From the NCBI GenBank assembly GCA_048882045.1, contig JBHLRZ010000024.1, positions 1 through 51,893 on the forward strand: DNA of 51,893 bases, written 5' to 3'. Source of the stretch: Candidatus Thorarchaeota archaeon (lineage in GTDB: Archaea > Asgardarchaeota > Thorarchaeia > Thorarchaeales > Thorarchaeaceae). A model generated the notes under the pieces. The model saw nothing but the letters and a program-made list of their open reading frames with translations, did no database searches and was not told the origin of the DNA. Numbering within the stretch: position 1 is the first letter of the stretch; each line of letters begins with the position of its first letter. Position numbers and translations under genes: made by a program. Positions 27,096-36,716 of the stretch are shown one piece after another.

Positions 27096-27575
27096 ATGAC
27101 AGTTCTAGCTAACTCATTGCTGAATCAATATCTTCGTGCTCTCGATATGACCAAAGACGCAGTGGAGATGGTTCCTGATTCACGATGGCATGATGGACCA
27201 GAGAAGTGGTTCTACTCTCTTACAACATACCATATAGTAGAAACAATCGAGTTCTATTTGCGTGACGACCACGAAGGGATGGTCTGGGGAGAAAGGGCTG
27301 GTTACTCATGGAGTGAAGATATCAAGATCAAGGATGAAATACTTCCGAAAATCACGAAAACAATGGTCTTGAGTTACGTTTCTGAGGTTGAAGAAGCGCT
27401 ACATCAATTCTTTTCGAACATATCTGATGATGCACTCCTCCAGAAGGATAGGTTCCATTGGTTCTCCTGTGTTCTAGAAAAGCTTCAATATGCTCTAAGA
27501 CATTCAGCCCATCACTGTGGTGAGCTATCTGTCATGCTTCGTAATTGGGGCGTTCCACATTTCAAGTGGAAGTAA
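27096..27575 (+). CDS. DinB family protein
   Basis: YH near the N-terminus and RH..HH.G.L metal-binding His pattern. Confidence 0.85.
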   Translation: MTVLANSLLNQYLRALDMTKDAVEMVPDSRWHDGPEKWFYSLTTYHIVETIEFYLRDDHEGMVWGERAGYSWSEDIKIKDEILPKITKTMVLSYVSEVEEALHQFFSNISDDALLQKDRFHWFSCVLEKLQYALRHSAHHCGELSVMLRNWGVPHFKWK

Positions 27576-27577
27576 CA

Positions 27578-28777
27578 TCAGAACCTCTGATAGGAAACGA
27601 ATGAGTCCTCAGGGAACATCGCTTCAAGATTTCTTGCTGTATCTACCGAACACTCCAGTCTTCGAAGATTACGTAGCGTGAGTGCAGGTGTCAGACCTCC
27701 TATGATCTCCGAGAGACCCAAGGCATCGACCGAAACATCCGGTTCGGTTTTGTCCTCAAGTCGAATGCATTCAAGCCTTCCATTAGTAGGTGATAATAGG
27801 TAGATTCCTCTATTCCAAGGACACATAGAATCATCCAACTTTAGAGTCACTGTTTCTGTTGCAGTTGCTGGAATCGAGATCGACTCGCAGTAGGTTTCAA
27901 AATCGACCACGCGCATCATCATCCCACCCCAATCAACACTGTTCCAATTCTGTAGATCATCCATATAGTACCGTACAGGAACCTCTGGATCACAATACCA
28001 TCTGATTGTAGTTGCATTTGCTGCATAATGGCCTACAAGTTCAACGATGGATGGAAATACATCATCAGATGTATAAGCAGTAGCATAGACAGAGAGGTCT
28101 AGGTGCTCATCTTTCACCTGTGTAAAGTGAAACTTTACAGTGCCGACGGGTCTTGAATTCCATTCAAAGAGATGAAAATGATTCTCCTTTATCATTCGTT
28201 CAAGAGTTGACAATGTATGGAAGTTTCGAGAACCAAAACGACTCATAGTCCACTCCACTTCTTGGGCAACCTTAGCCTCAGTTGGATCTGTCAGTTCCCG
28301 ATTTGAGATATTCTCCTCTCCTTTCACTAGTCGTAGCAGGGGTCGCGGGAATTCGTGTTTCAGTCTTTTTTCAGCGAGGGAATAACCAAATTTCTCGTAG
28401 TACGCTTTGTAGAATGGAGCCAATATGGAGAGTGAGAGACCTAACTCCTTCATCTTCTTGAAAGATTCGATGAAGAGTTTTCGAATCAATCCCTTTCTCC
28501 TATGTTGCGGCAGAGTCGCAACTCCCCACACCGCTGAGAAGGGAACAGATTTTCCTCTGATGACATTCGCTTTGTCCTCAAAGAAAGAAACGTTGGCTAC
28601 AACCTCGTCACGATCAACAGCAACAAATGACCAGTCCCTCTTTTCTGGTCGATGCCATCCCTGAGCCCAGTCTTCCTTCCTGACATTGTCTAATGGATCT
28701 GTAACGCTGTGAGCTTTCCAAAGAAGACGAATGGCAGAGTCTCTGTCTTCATCTTTTGCCTCTCTTATGTCGTACAT
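27578..28777 (-). CDS. Eis-like GNAT acetyltransferase with SCP2-like C-terminus
   Basis: GVATLP.HRRKG, S.L.PF...YEKFGY, M.RVVD, D..CPWN.G. Confidence 0.9.
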   Translation of the reverse strand: MYDIREAKDEDRDSAIRLLWKAHSVTDPLDNVRKEDWAQGWHRPEKRDWSFVAVDRDEVVANVSFFEDKANVIRGKSVPFSAVWGVATLPQHRRKGLIRKLFIESFKKMKELGLSLSILAPFYKAYYEKFGYSLAEKRLKHEFPRPLLRLVKGEENISNRELTDPTEAKVAQEVEWTMSRFGSRNFHTLSTLERMIKENHFHLFEWNSRPVGTVKFHFTQVKDEHLDLSVYATAYTSDDVFPSIVELVGHYAANATTIRWYCDPEVPVRYYMDDLQNWNSVDWGGMMMRVVDFETYCESISIPATATETVTLKLDDSMCPWNRGIYLLSPTNGRLECIRLEDKTEPDVSVDALGLSEIIGGLTPALTLRNLRRLECSVDTARNLEAMFPEDSFVSYQRF

Positions 28778-28831
28778 TGCGCACTAGCAAAACTTTGAGG
28801 GCTACTTCTTTCTTTCCCTTAGCGTAGAATC

Positions 28832-29695
28832 TCACATGTCAAAGATATCGTAATCAAGGTTTGTCCGCATATCGCAATATCCCAAGGTAATTGGAATCTC
28901 AACAGACCTGTCTGTTCGCCAAGGGATGTTCAATGTGACCTTTACTATCACTGTGTTTTTTATGAGAGGTCGGTCAAAGGATGGCTCCATGGACTCATCG
29001 GTTTCTAGTGTCACATCCATCCATCGGTCTCTCTGGACATATTCGACATCAAGTTTCTTCTTCATGAGAGTCTTCTTCGACCTTCTCGTGTGTCCTTGAG
29101 CATGAACTTCTTCTTTGGAATAAATCTCTGCACGCACTTCACGAATGGGAACATCATGTGCTACACGGAACCTAAGAGGTATTGAATCACCAATGCAGAA
29201 TATTGTATCTTCTATCTCTACATCCAGAGCAATGGACTCATCTCTCTCTGCGTAGAGACGTTGAGGTTGTGGAGCTGGTTTGACCATCCCCTGTCTGAAA
29301 TCAAGATGCACTTTCTCCTTTGGATCTAATCGTAGTGATCTCTCAACCACAGCTTCGAGAGTATACTCTATCCAACCTCCGCGTCCATCATAGCTGGTCA
29401 GGATTGCCTCGATGTCATCCGGAAATAGGAATCGAAAGTCAAGGTGCTTCTCACCTGGCTGCATGACTCCTGCTTCCTCAAGATACACTGTTTCATCAAA
29501 GTAGACATATTCCTCAGTATATGTTGTTGAATGCTTTCCATGACTCACAACGACTCGAGTATGTTCTCTTCCCTTGAAGGTGATACGTATTCCATTGTGT
29601 TTGTAGTCATCATCACTTCGAATGATGACAGTGCCTTCGACTGAATCTCCTGCCCTATACTGAGTCTGAGTCGTGAAAATCTCTACATCTCTCAA
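28832..29695 (-). CDS. Arrestin-domain protein (alpha-arrestin/SpoOM-like, N and C domains)
   Basis: Y.AGD.V.G.V, I.I.F.G.E.T, PG....F.F.FP...SY.G..G.I.Y.LEA, C-domain F..GD.I and V.IPI.LG; TTG 29695 (track start 29776). Confidence 0.8.
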   Translation of the reverse strand: MRDVEIFTTQTQYRAGDSVEGTVIIRSDDDYKHNGIRITFKGREHTRVVVSHGKHSTTYTEEYVYFDETVYLEEAGVMQPGEKHLDFRFLFPDDIEAILTSYDGRGGWIEYTLEAVVERSLRLDPKEKVHLDFRQGMVKPAPQPQRLYAERDESIALDVEIEDTIFCIGDSIPLRFRVAHDVPIREVRAEIYSKEEVHAQGHTRRSKKTLMKKKLDVEYVQRDRWMDVTLETDESMEPSFDRPLIKNTVIVKVTLNIPWRTDRSVEIPITLGYCDMRTNLDYDIFDM

Positions 29696-29819
29696 TTGGG
29701 ACTTCTCTCCATCCTTGTTTGAGGATTCATTTGAGTACTTTTGATGTTTACGAATTTTGAGCTTCCGAACATTCATTAGAAGGATAATGTATCAGTGCAC
29801 TTTACTTGGAGGTGGAGCT

Positions 29820-31103
29820 GTGTCTGATAAGAGACTAATCTTACATCACACTTCTTACTTCGATTCAAATGCTGGAAAATTCGAAGACGGAAAGAGTATT
29901 GTTCTCAAGAACGGAAAGATAGAATGGATTGGGGATGAGTCAGAATTTGAGAGAGAAGAGAATGATACAGTCATTGATTTAGAAAAAAAGTTCGTACTCC
30001 CTGGTCTGATTGACTGTCATGTTCATTTGGAAGCGCGTCAAGAAAAGAGTGTCAATCCTTGGGAAGAATGGGCAACAACATCACCATACATCGCAGGGTT
30101 TCGGGCTTTGAAAAGTGCAGAAGACCATATTAGATCCGGTTTTACTACTGTCAGAGATTGTGGTGGCGATTACTGGGGACAATCACTAAACAGGGCGATA
30201 TCTTCTGGGCTGTATCGTGGACCACGAGTGCTGTCAGCGCAATGGGCGATAACTCAGTACGGAAGTTTCACCTATGATTTTTCATCAGATCTCGATCTTG
30301 CTTTTCAATGGTTGCAGCATCAAAAATTAGCGGGTATTGCATATCCAACCGGAATCGATGAAATGATACTCACTGTCAGGGAAAGAAGAATGAAGGGATC
30401 AGATTTCATCAAGGTAATGAATACAGGATCAGTATACGGTATGGTCCTAGGTTCAAATATCGAGAATACCTTTTTCCGACCCGAAGAAATGGAGATACTA
30501 GTTGATGAGGCTCACAGAAATGGCATGCATGTAGCCTGCCACTCACATGCAGATAAGGGTATCAATGAAGCATTAGATGCAGGAGTAGACACAATAGAAC
30601 ATGGTTCGCTCATGTCTGAGGAAACAGCCAAGAGGATGTCAAAGACCAAGTCTTACTTAATTCCAACTCATATGGTATCTGATTCTCGTCACAGTCCTGA
30701 AAAGTTTGAAGATAGACCCGGTTTTGTTGAGTTGATGAATAAGGTAGCTGAAATAGAAATTGAAAACCACAAGGTTGCATTTGAGAAAGGAGTCAAATTC
30801 GCTTTGGGAACTGATTCAGGACCTGTAGATGCCCCTCACGGAACATCTGCAAAGGAATTAGTCTACATGGTGAAGAATGTGGGAATGACCTCTACACAGT
30901 CACTCCAATGTGCAACGATTCACGCGGCAAGAGCCATCAAGTTGGAAGACCAGATAGGTTCGGTCGAAGTTGGGAAGGAAGCAGACTTGGTCGTTGTAGG
31001 AGTTAACCCAGTCGAATCACTAGAAAGTCTTCGGAATCTGAGTAATATCGAGTATGTTGTCAAGGATGGGGAGATAGTTTCAAAGAAGGGCATTCTGACT
31101 TGA
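29820..31103 (+). CDS. Amidohydrolase (Xaa-Pro dipeptidase-like, Amidohydro_1)
   Basis: PGLIDCHVH, GFTTVRD, G.DFIK, ACH, TIEHG, GTDSG, G..E.GK.AD; GGAGGTG SD before GTG 29820. Confidence 0.92.
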   Translation: MSDKRLILHHTSYFDSNAGKFEDGKSIVLKNGKIEWIGDESEFEREENDTVIDLEKKFVLPGLIDCHVHLEARQEKSVNPWEEWATTSPYIAGFRALKSAEDHIRSGFTTVRDCGGDYWGQSLNRAISSGLYRGPRVLSAQWAITQYGSFTYDFSSDLDLAFQWLQHQKLAGIAYPTGIDEMILTVRERRMKGSDFIKVMNTGSVYGMVLGSNIENTFFRPEEMEILVDEAHRNGMHVACHSHADKGINEALDAGVDTIEHGSLMSEETAKRMSKTKSYLIPTHMVSDSRHSPEKFEDRPGFVELMNKVAEIEIENHKVAFEKGVKFALGTDSGPVDAPHGTSAKELVYMVKNVGMTSTQSLQCATIHAARAIKLEDQIGSVEVGKEADLVVVGVNPVESLESLRNLSNIEYVVKDGEIVSKKGILT

Positions 31104-31154
31104 TCATCCTTTTCATCGATGGTTTTAGATAGGACATAGCTTTTGTAGACACAA

Positions 31155-31613
31155 ATGGTCTTTCCGAACGTACGCCCAATAGCACTCTGCATTGTCAGGA
31201 ATGGTTCCAAGTTCCTTGTAGAGTACTATGAATGGCCCACGCCAAAAGATAGGTTCTATCGTCCTCTAGGTGGAGAGATAGAATATGGAGAGTCCGGTAA
31301 GGATGCTATCAAGCGTGAGTTTCGAGAAGAGATTTTTGCGGAGATTAAAGATGTGCAATACCTCGGAACAATAGAGAACATCTTCAAGGTCCAAGGTCAG
31401 ATAGGTCATGAGCTTGTCTTGTTATATGACGCTGATTTTGTTGATCGGACCTTCTATTCCAAGGATGTGATTGAAGGTGTTGATGGCCTCGAATCAAAAA
31501 GGAAGGTGTTGGCCTATTGGAAGACGCTCGAGGATATTGAGGAGGAAGGTCTTCCTCTGTATCCTGACAGACTAGAGGAATTCTTGGAGGAGATTGGATG
31601 GTGGAACAGGTAG
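31155..31613 (+). CDS. NUDIX hydrolase
   Basis: GGEIEYGE....AIKREFREE Nudix box. Confidence 0.9.
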   Translation: MVFPNVRPIALCIVRNGSKFLVEYYEWPTPKDRFYRPLGGEIEYGESGKDAIKREFREEIFAEIKDVQYLGTIENIFKVQGQIGHELVLLYDADFVDRTFYSKDVIEGVDGLESKRKVLAYWKTLEDIEEEGLPLYPDRLEEFLEEIGWWNR

Positions 31614-33232
31614 ACATACTAATTCGAAACGGGATTGTACATGATGGCTCTGGGACAAATCCCTCACGACAGGACATTGCTATTAGTAACGGGAGAATAA
31701 GTCACATTAGAGAAGAGCTCAAGACAGAAGCTTCGTTTGAGATAGATGCTCAAGACCTTATTGTCTGTCCGGGATTTATTGACATGCACAGTCACTCAGA
31801 CATGTCCCTCCCATTTGACAATAGACTTGAGTCAACCATACGACAAGGAATAACGACTTCAGTAATTGGCAACTGTGGCTTTTCAATGGCTCCGGTCAAT
31901 GAAGAGCGTATTGATATGCTCCGGAAAGAGTTTGAGATCTTCACACCACCAGGAGCTGAGATTGATATCTCATGGAGATCGTTTGGAGAGTATCTTGATA
32001 GACTCGAGAAAAACCGGATTTCATCCAACATTGCAAACCTGGTTGGATTTGGTGCTATCCGGATTGCTGGTGGTCCAGCATATGACAACAGACCTCCGAC
32101 ATCTTTAGAATTAGAAGAAATGAAACGATACACACAAGAGGCATTGGAAGCTGGAGCCTTCGGTCTGAGTACTGGACTCATTTATCCTCCTCAGGTCTAT
32201 GCGACAACTGAGGAGATTATTGAACTAGCAAAAGTTGTAGCTGAGTATAGGGGACTCTACTTTTCTCATATCAGAGGAGAGGGTGAGACCGTAGTGAAGG
32301 CAGTGCAGGAAGTTATAGACATCGTAGAGGCTTCGGGGTGCGTTGGAGGCCAGATTGGTCATCACAAGGTTGCAGGAAAGAAGTTTTGGGGAACAAGCAT
32401 AGACACTCTCCAATTGATAGAGGATGCGAATGAACGAGGACTGAATATCAGATGTGACCAGTATCCATACAACAGGAGCTCAACTTCTCTGATATCGTTG
32501 CTCCCACCTTGGGTCCACGAGGGTGGAATTGAGAAACTCCTTGAACGAATATCAGAACCTGAGATTCAAGAAAAAATACAACGAGATATCGAAGAAGATC
32601 GAGGATGGGAGAATCTCAAGGAAGAAGCTGGGTGGGACAAGGTCTTCATCGCGTCGGTTAAGACCGAGAAGTGGAAAGATATCGAAGGTCTCAGTCTCAA
32701 AGAGATCACAAAGCAACGAGGATTCGTTAGCGAGTATGTAACTCTCTTTGAGATACTCATCGATGAAAAGGCTGAGGTCACCATGACGATTGAGAGCATG
32801 GGCGACGAGGACATTGAACGAATCATGAAGGGAAGATACACCATGGTAGGCACTGATGGCGCTGGTGTAGCACCCACAGGGATTCTCAGTCATGGTAAAC
32901 CCCATCCAAGACACTATGGTACTTTCCCAAGAATCCTAGGACACTATGTGAGGGAGAGAGGAGTGTTGACACTTGAGGAAGCCATCTACAAAATGACCGG
33001 CTTTCCTGCTCAACGACTAGGGTTCCAAGATAGAGGACTCTTGAAACCAGGATACTGGGCCGACATCGTCATCTTCAATCCTGAAACTGTGATCGACAGA
33101 TCAACATTCATGAATCCCCATCAGTTTCCAATTGGGATAGATTATGTAATAGTAAACGGAGTTCTTGTTGTTACTGATGAAGGTCAGAATGAAAAAATGC
33201 CTGGGAAGGTGTTAAGATACAGAATTGGTTAG
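31598..33232 (+). CDS. N-acyl-D-amino acid deacylase (D-aminoacylase)
   Basis: PGFIDMHSHSD, GNCG, STGLIYPP, HIR.E, DQYPY, HPR.YGTFPR. Confidence 0.93.
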   Translation: MVEQVDILIRNGIVHDGSGTNPSRQDIAISNGRISHIREELKTEASFEIDAQDLIVCPGFIDMHSHSDMSLPFDNRLESTIRQGITTSVIGNCGFSMAPVNEERIDMLRKEFEIFTPPGAEIDISWRSFGEYLDRLEKNRISSNIANLVGFGAIRIAGGPAYDNRPPTSLELEEMKRYTQEALEAGAFGLSTGLIYPPQVYATTEEIIELAKVVAEYRGLYFSHIRGEGETVVKAVQEVIDIVEASGCVGGQIGHHKVAGKKFWGTSIDTLQLIEDANERGLNIRCDQYPYNRSSTSLISLLPPWVHEGGIEKLLERISEPEIQEKIQRDIEEDRGWENLKEEAGWDKVFIASVKTEKWKDIEGLSLKEITKQRGFVSEYVTLFEILIDEKAEVTMTIESMGDEDIERIMKGRYTMVGTDGAGVAPTGILSHGKPHPRHYGTFPRILGHYVRERGVLTLEEAIYKMTGFPAQRLGFQDRGLLKPGYWADIVIFNPETVIDRSTFMNPHQFPIGIDYVIVNGVLVVTDEGQNEKMPGKVLRYRIG

Positions 33233-33255
33233 ATAGACTATTCGAATCAAAAAAG

Positions 33256-33289
33256 AAGAGGGGATAACTCACATGAGTCATCTCCTCTT
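33256..33289. terminator. Hairpin between convergent genes, A tract on the left
   Basis: AAGAGGGGATAACTC-ACAT-GAGTCATCTCCTCTT preceded by AAAAAAG. Confidence 0.65.
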
Positions 33290-33354
33290 TGTACCCAAAT
33301 CATAGACGCTTCGAGTAAAGCCAGCAGACTAACTGGATAAGTATGATCGCTTCC

Positions 33355-35607
33355 TCACCTTCTTGCCCTTACCACTATCACAGCGAGTACAACAATCACT
33401 ATTCCACCAACTACAATGGCTATTAGCTCAAGGGGTAATTGTGAAGGTTCGGTAGGTGAAGTCGGTGATGTGGGAGTGGTTGTTGTGGTTGTCGGTGGGA
33501 GTGACGGTTCTGGTATTTCTGACATTTTTGTCCAAGTGTCTGTATTCACATCATACGACCACGTTGTGTCAGTACTGATGTCATTGTCGGGTCCATTCCA
33601 AGCTCCGTTGATTCCACCAAAGATGATCACAGTGTCCGATTTACTGTCGTATACTGCTTTGTGTCGGAATCTTGCACTTGGATGTGTGCTTGGCGTTGCT
33701 TGAGTCCATGTATCTGAGTTGTAATCATACAACCAAGTGTCATCCAGGTTTACACCTGACTCTCCAAACCCTCCGAATAATACAATGGTGTCTGATTCGT
33801 TATCATATGCCATGGATGTTATAGCACGAGAGGGCGGTGCGGTAGTTGGACTCATTTCTTGCCAAGTATCTGTATCATAGTCATACGCCCAAGTATCATT
33901 TGTCTGACCTAGAGAGATTGTAGTTTGACCTCCAAAAAGGATAACTCTGTCACTCTCCCAGTCATAGGTCATCATATGATCTACACGCCCATCCGGTGAA
34001 AGAGTTGGACTCATCTCTTCCCATGTGTTGGATTCAACATCATAAGCCCATGTGTCGCCTAAGAGCAGACTGCCGTCATATCCTCCAAAGAGGATTGTTC
34101 TATCGCTTTTACTGTCATATGCCATCCTGTTGACATAACGAACCGGAGGTGCGGCTGATGGAGATGCATTTGTCCATGTGTTGCTATTGAAATCATACAA
34201 CCATGTTTCTGCTGTAGGAGTAGCAGCCATCGGATCTTCAAGACCACCAAACATCACACATACATCACTCTGAGAGTCATATACCATATCTCCCATCGAC
34301 TTGATTGCTGGAGTTACAATAGGTGACATATTGAAGTATGAATCTGTACTTGCGTCGTATGCCCATGTGTCCATCTTCGATAGTCTCACTGATGGTGTCA
34401 TGTCTCTTCCGCCGAAGATGATCGTCATGTTGCTTTCTGAATCAAAAGCCATCATGACCTCATTTCCCTCGGTCTGCGTTATTGGTGACATTTGCCTCCA
34501 GTGGTTTGCATTCATATCGTATGCCCATGTCACGTCATCATCAATCATTGGGCCATTTTCATATGTCACTTCAGTCCCACCAAACGAGATAATCACATCT
34601 GATTCAGAATCATATACCATGCTGTGACGGAGCCTAGCTGTTGGTTGATATGATGAATACTTCCTCTCCCACGTTAGGGAATTGAAGTCAAAGGTCCAGA
34701 TGTCATCTAAAGCCAAGCTATTGCCACCAGCACCTCCAAACATCACAACTCTATCAGACTCGTCATCATATGTCATTGCATGTGCTTTGCGTCCAACTGG
34801 ATTCGTTCCTGGTGATAGCTCAACCCACGTGTCCGTGTTGTAATCGTAAGCCCATGTGTCATCACCCAAACCTCCTTGAAATACTCCTCCAAAGAGAATA
34901 ACTCTATCACTCTCTTCGTCATATGCCATACCTGGGAAGTATCTTTCACTGGGAGCTGTAGCAGGATTCATCTCCTCCCATGTATTCGATTCCAAGTCAT
35001 AGGCCCAGGTGTCGTTTAAAGTTACATGGTGAGCACTATCATATCCGCCAAAGATGATAATTCGATCGCTCTCTGAGTCATAGACCATCCCGAATGCATC
35101 TCGAACGTCGGGTGCAAGAATCGGGTTCATATTGGTCCATGTATTAGTGTTATAATCGTAGGCCCATGTATCATTTCGATCAAGGCGCGTTGCATAATCC
35201 TCAATCCCTCCAAACATTACTATCCTATCACTCTGAGAGTCGTACGCCATTGCACCAACTTCCCTGACAGGTGGTGCAGAAGCGGGCGACATATCTACGA
35301 ACTTGTTTGTATTGTAGTCGTAAGACCAAGTATCTCCGAGTTCATAAGGTAGTGGTTCATTCCAGCCTCCGTAGATGATAACAACATCGGATTCATTGTC
35401 ATATGCCATCATGAGATTGGCTCTTCCAGCTGGTTCAGCGAAAGTACTGGCGGCTAGTGCTGCACCATTTGGATCATTCAGCATTAGTGAATTATCATGA
35501 CTGGTTGATGTTGTGTTTGTGTTGGTTAAGGGTATAATTCCCATCAAAAAGACAGAAAACAAGCACAACATCAGAAGACAGGATTTCATCTTCTCAAATT
35601 TTTTCAC
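33355..35607 (-). CDS. Cell-surface double Kelch beta-propeller protein (12 repeats)
   Basis: Twelve YD.ESD....FGG...DTW.YD repeats; signal peptide, Thr/Pro linker, C-terminal TM + RARR; AGGAGG SD before GTG. Confidence 0.92.
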   Translation of the reverse strand: MKKFEKMKSCLLMLCLFSVFLMGIIPLTNTNTTSTSHDNSLMLNDPNGAALAASTFAEPAGRANLMMAYDNESDVVIIYGGWNEPLPYELGDTWSYDYNTNKFVDMSPASAPPVREVGAMAYDSQSDRIVMFGGIEDYATRLDRNDTWAYDYNTNTWTNMNPILAPDVRDAFGMVYDSESDRIIIFGGYDSAHHVTLNDTWAYDLESNTWEEMNPATAPSERYFPGMAYDEESDRVILFGGVFQGGLGDDTWAYDYNTDTWVELSPGTNPVGRKAHAMTYDDESDRVVMFGGAGGNSLALDDIWTFDFNSLTWERKYSSYQPTARLRHSMVYDSESDVIISFGGTEVTYENGPMIDDDVTWAYDMNANHWRQMSPITQTEGNEVMMAFDSESNMTIIFGGRDMTPSVRLSKMDTWAYDASTDSYFNMSPIVTPAIKSMGDMVYDSQSDVCVMFGGLEDPMAATPTAETWLYDFNSNTWTNASPSAAPPVRYVNRMAYDSKSDRTILFGGYDGSLLLGDTWAYDVESNTWEEMSPTLSPDGRVDHMMTYDWESDRVILFGGQTTISLGQTNDTWAYDYDTDTWQEMSPTTAPPSRAITSMAYDNESDTIVLFGGFGESGVNLDDTWLYDYNSDTWTQATPSTHPSARFRHKAVYDSKSDTVIIFGGINGAWNGPDNDISTDTTWSYDVNTDTWTKMSEIPEPSLPPTTTTTTPTSPTSPTEPSQLPLELIAIVVGGIVIVVLAVIVVRARR

Positions 35608-35732
35608 TTTTTTTCCTCCTACGCTTCTCTGAATTCAAGGTGTAGTTATTGAATCGTGTAGAAGTCAGTTGAAGCTCTAATGGATTATCGCTCAACATAG
35701 GATATCGTATTAATAAGCGGCTATCAGAATTC

Positions 35733-35760
35733 GACTATTGTTCCAAAGTGACTATAGTTC
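35733..35760. promoter_or_regulatory. Direct repeat GACTA(T/T)(T/A)GTTC between divergent TATA-like boxes
   Basis: GACTATTGTTC 35733-35743 and GACTATAGTTC 35750-35760; TTTATAT at 35763 (+) and TTATTAA near 35710-35716 (-). Confidence 0.5.
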
Positions 35761-35797
35761 GGTTTATATTGTACGATAATATCCAGAAAAAAAGGAT

Positions 35798-36676
35798 TTG
35801 AATCTAATGAGAACTAAGGAAGTGCAGCAATTCATCCTTAGCTCTTTTGGACGTGGTGAGTTCTATGGATATGAGGTCCACAAAGCGTTAGAGCTCCACG
35901 GAGAGAGTATTGGCGTAAGTCGACTCTACCGTATCTTGGATGAGATGAAGCAGTCGGGATTGCTTAAAGATCGGTGGGAAAAGAGCACCTCAGGACCCCA
36001 AAAACGAATCTATGTATTGACTAGAAAAGGAATAACTGAACGCAACAAATTACTTTTTGAAGCCATCGATGTCGTACATGACTTCTACTTGGAATATCTC
36101 CTGAGTTTGCCTCCTAAAGAAGATGTTTTCAAAAAGACAAGCAGATTGATGTCGAACGGTTTAGGCAAAAACGGCGTAGCTGCATGTATTGCTCGCAAAC
36201 CATCAGTACAACTCAAACAGATATTGAGCGACCTCAGGTCCAAGATTTCCAATGGTAATACCTTCTTGATTCATCCCTTTTACTCAGAGAGAGAATTCTC
36301 AATTGAAGATTGGCAGAATCTTGACGGTTCTCAGGGAAACATTCCTTTGAAAGATGACTATCTTGATTTGCTTCTCGTTGTAGACCTTCCACCAAAAGAG
36401 GAAGCAGACCACTGTTTCAATGAGTGGCGAAGAGCCATCAAACCAAATGGTAAGCTTGCTATTATCATCCCAACGATTCTCATAACGGACTATCCAAATC
36501 CACTCTTGATCGGAATGTTTATGGAAAAAATGGAGCATGGGGAAAATATAGATGAAAAGCGAATGAATGTAGATTCGATTCGAGTAAATCTGGGTAACTA
36601 TTTCGGTAAGATTGAGGAGCATAACATAGTACACATGACATTATTCATCGTTTCAGAACCCATATATTCTAGCTAA
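35798..36676 (+). CDS. PadR-family regulator fused to a degenerate class I methyltransferase-like domain
   Basis: YGYEV, LYRIL, W..S.SGP.KR.Y.LT.KG (PadR); IPL.DD.LD, E..R.IKPNGKL (MTase-like). Confidence 0.85.
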   Translation: MNLMRTKEVQQFILSSFGRGEFYGYEVHKALELHGESIGVSRLYRILDEMKQSGLLKDRWEKSTSGPQKRIYVLTRKGITERNKLLFEAIDVVHDFYLEYLLSLPPKEDVFKKTSRLMSNGLGKNGVAACIARKPSVQLKQILSDLRSKISNGNTFLIHPFYSEREFSIEDWQNLDGSQGNIPLKDDYLDLLLVVDLPPKEEADHCFNEWRRAIKPNGKLAIIIPTILITDYPNPLLIGMFMEKMEHGENIDEKRMNVDSIRVNLGNYFGKIEEHNIVHMTLFIVSEPIYSS

Positions 36677-36684
36677 AGAGGTGC

Positions 36685-36708
36685 GGAAGGAGTTCTCATA
36701 CTCCTTCC
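36685..36708. terminator. Hairpin between convergent genes
   Basis: GGAAGGAGT-N6-ACTCCTTCC perfect 9-bp stem. Confidence 0.65.
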
Positions 36709-36716
36709 ATGACGTT

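Noticed and set aside
33355-35607. Kelch DNA repeats as a DGR template/variable repeat pair
   Set aside because: No reverse transcriptase in the window and no near-identical pair differing only at adenines was seen
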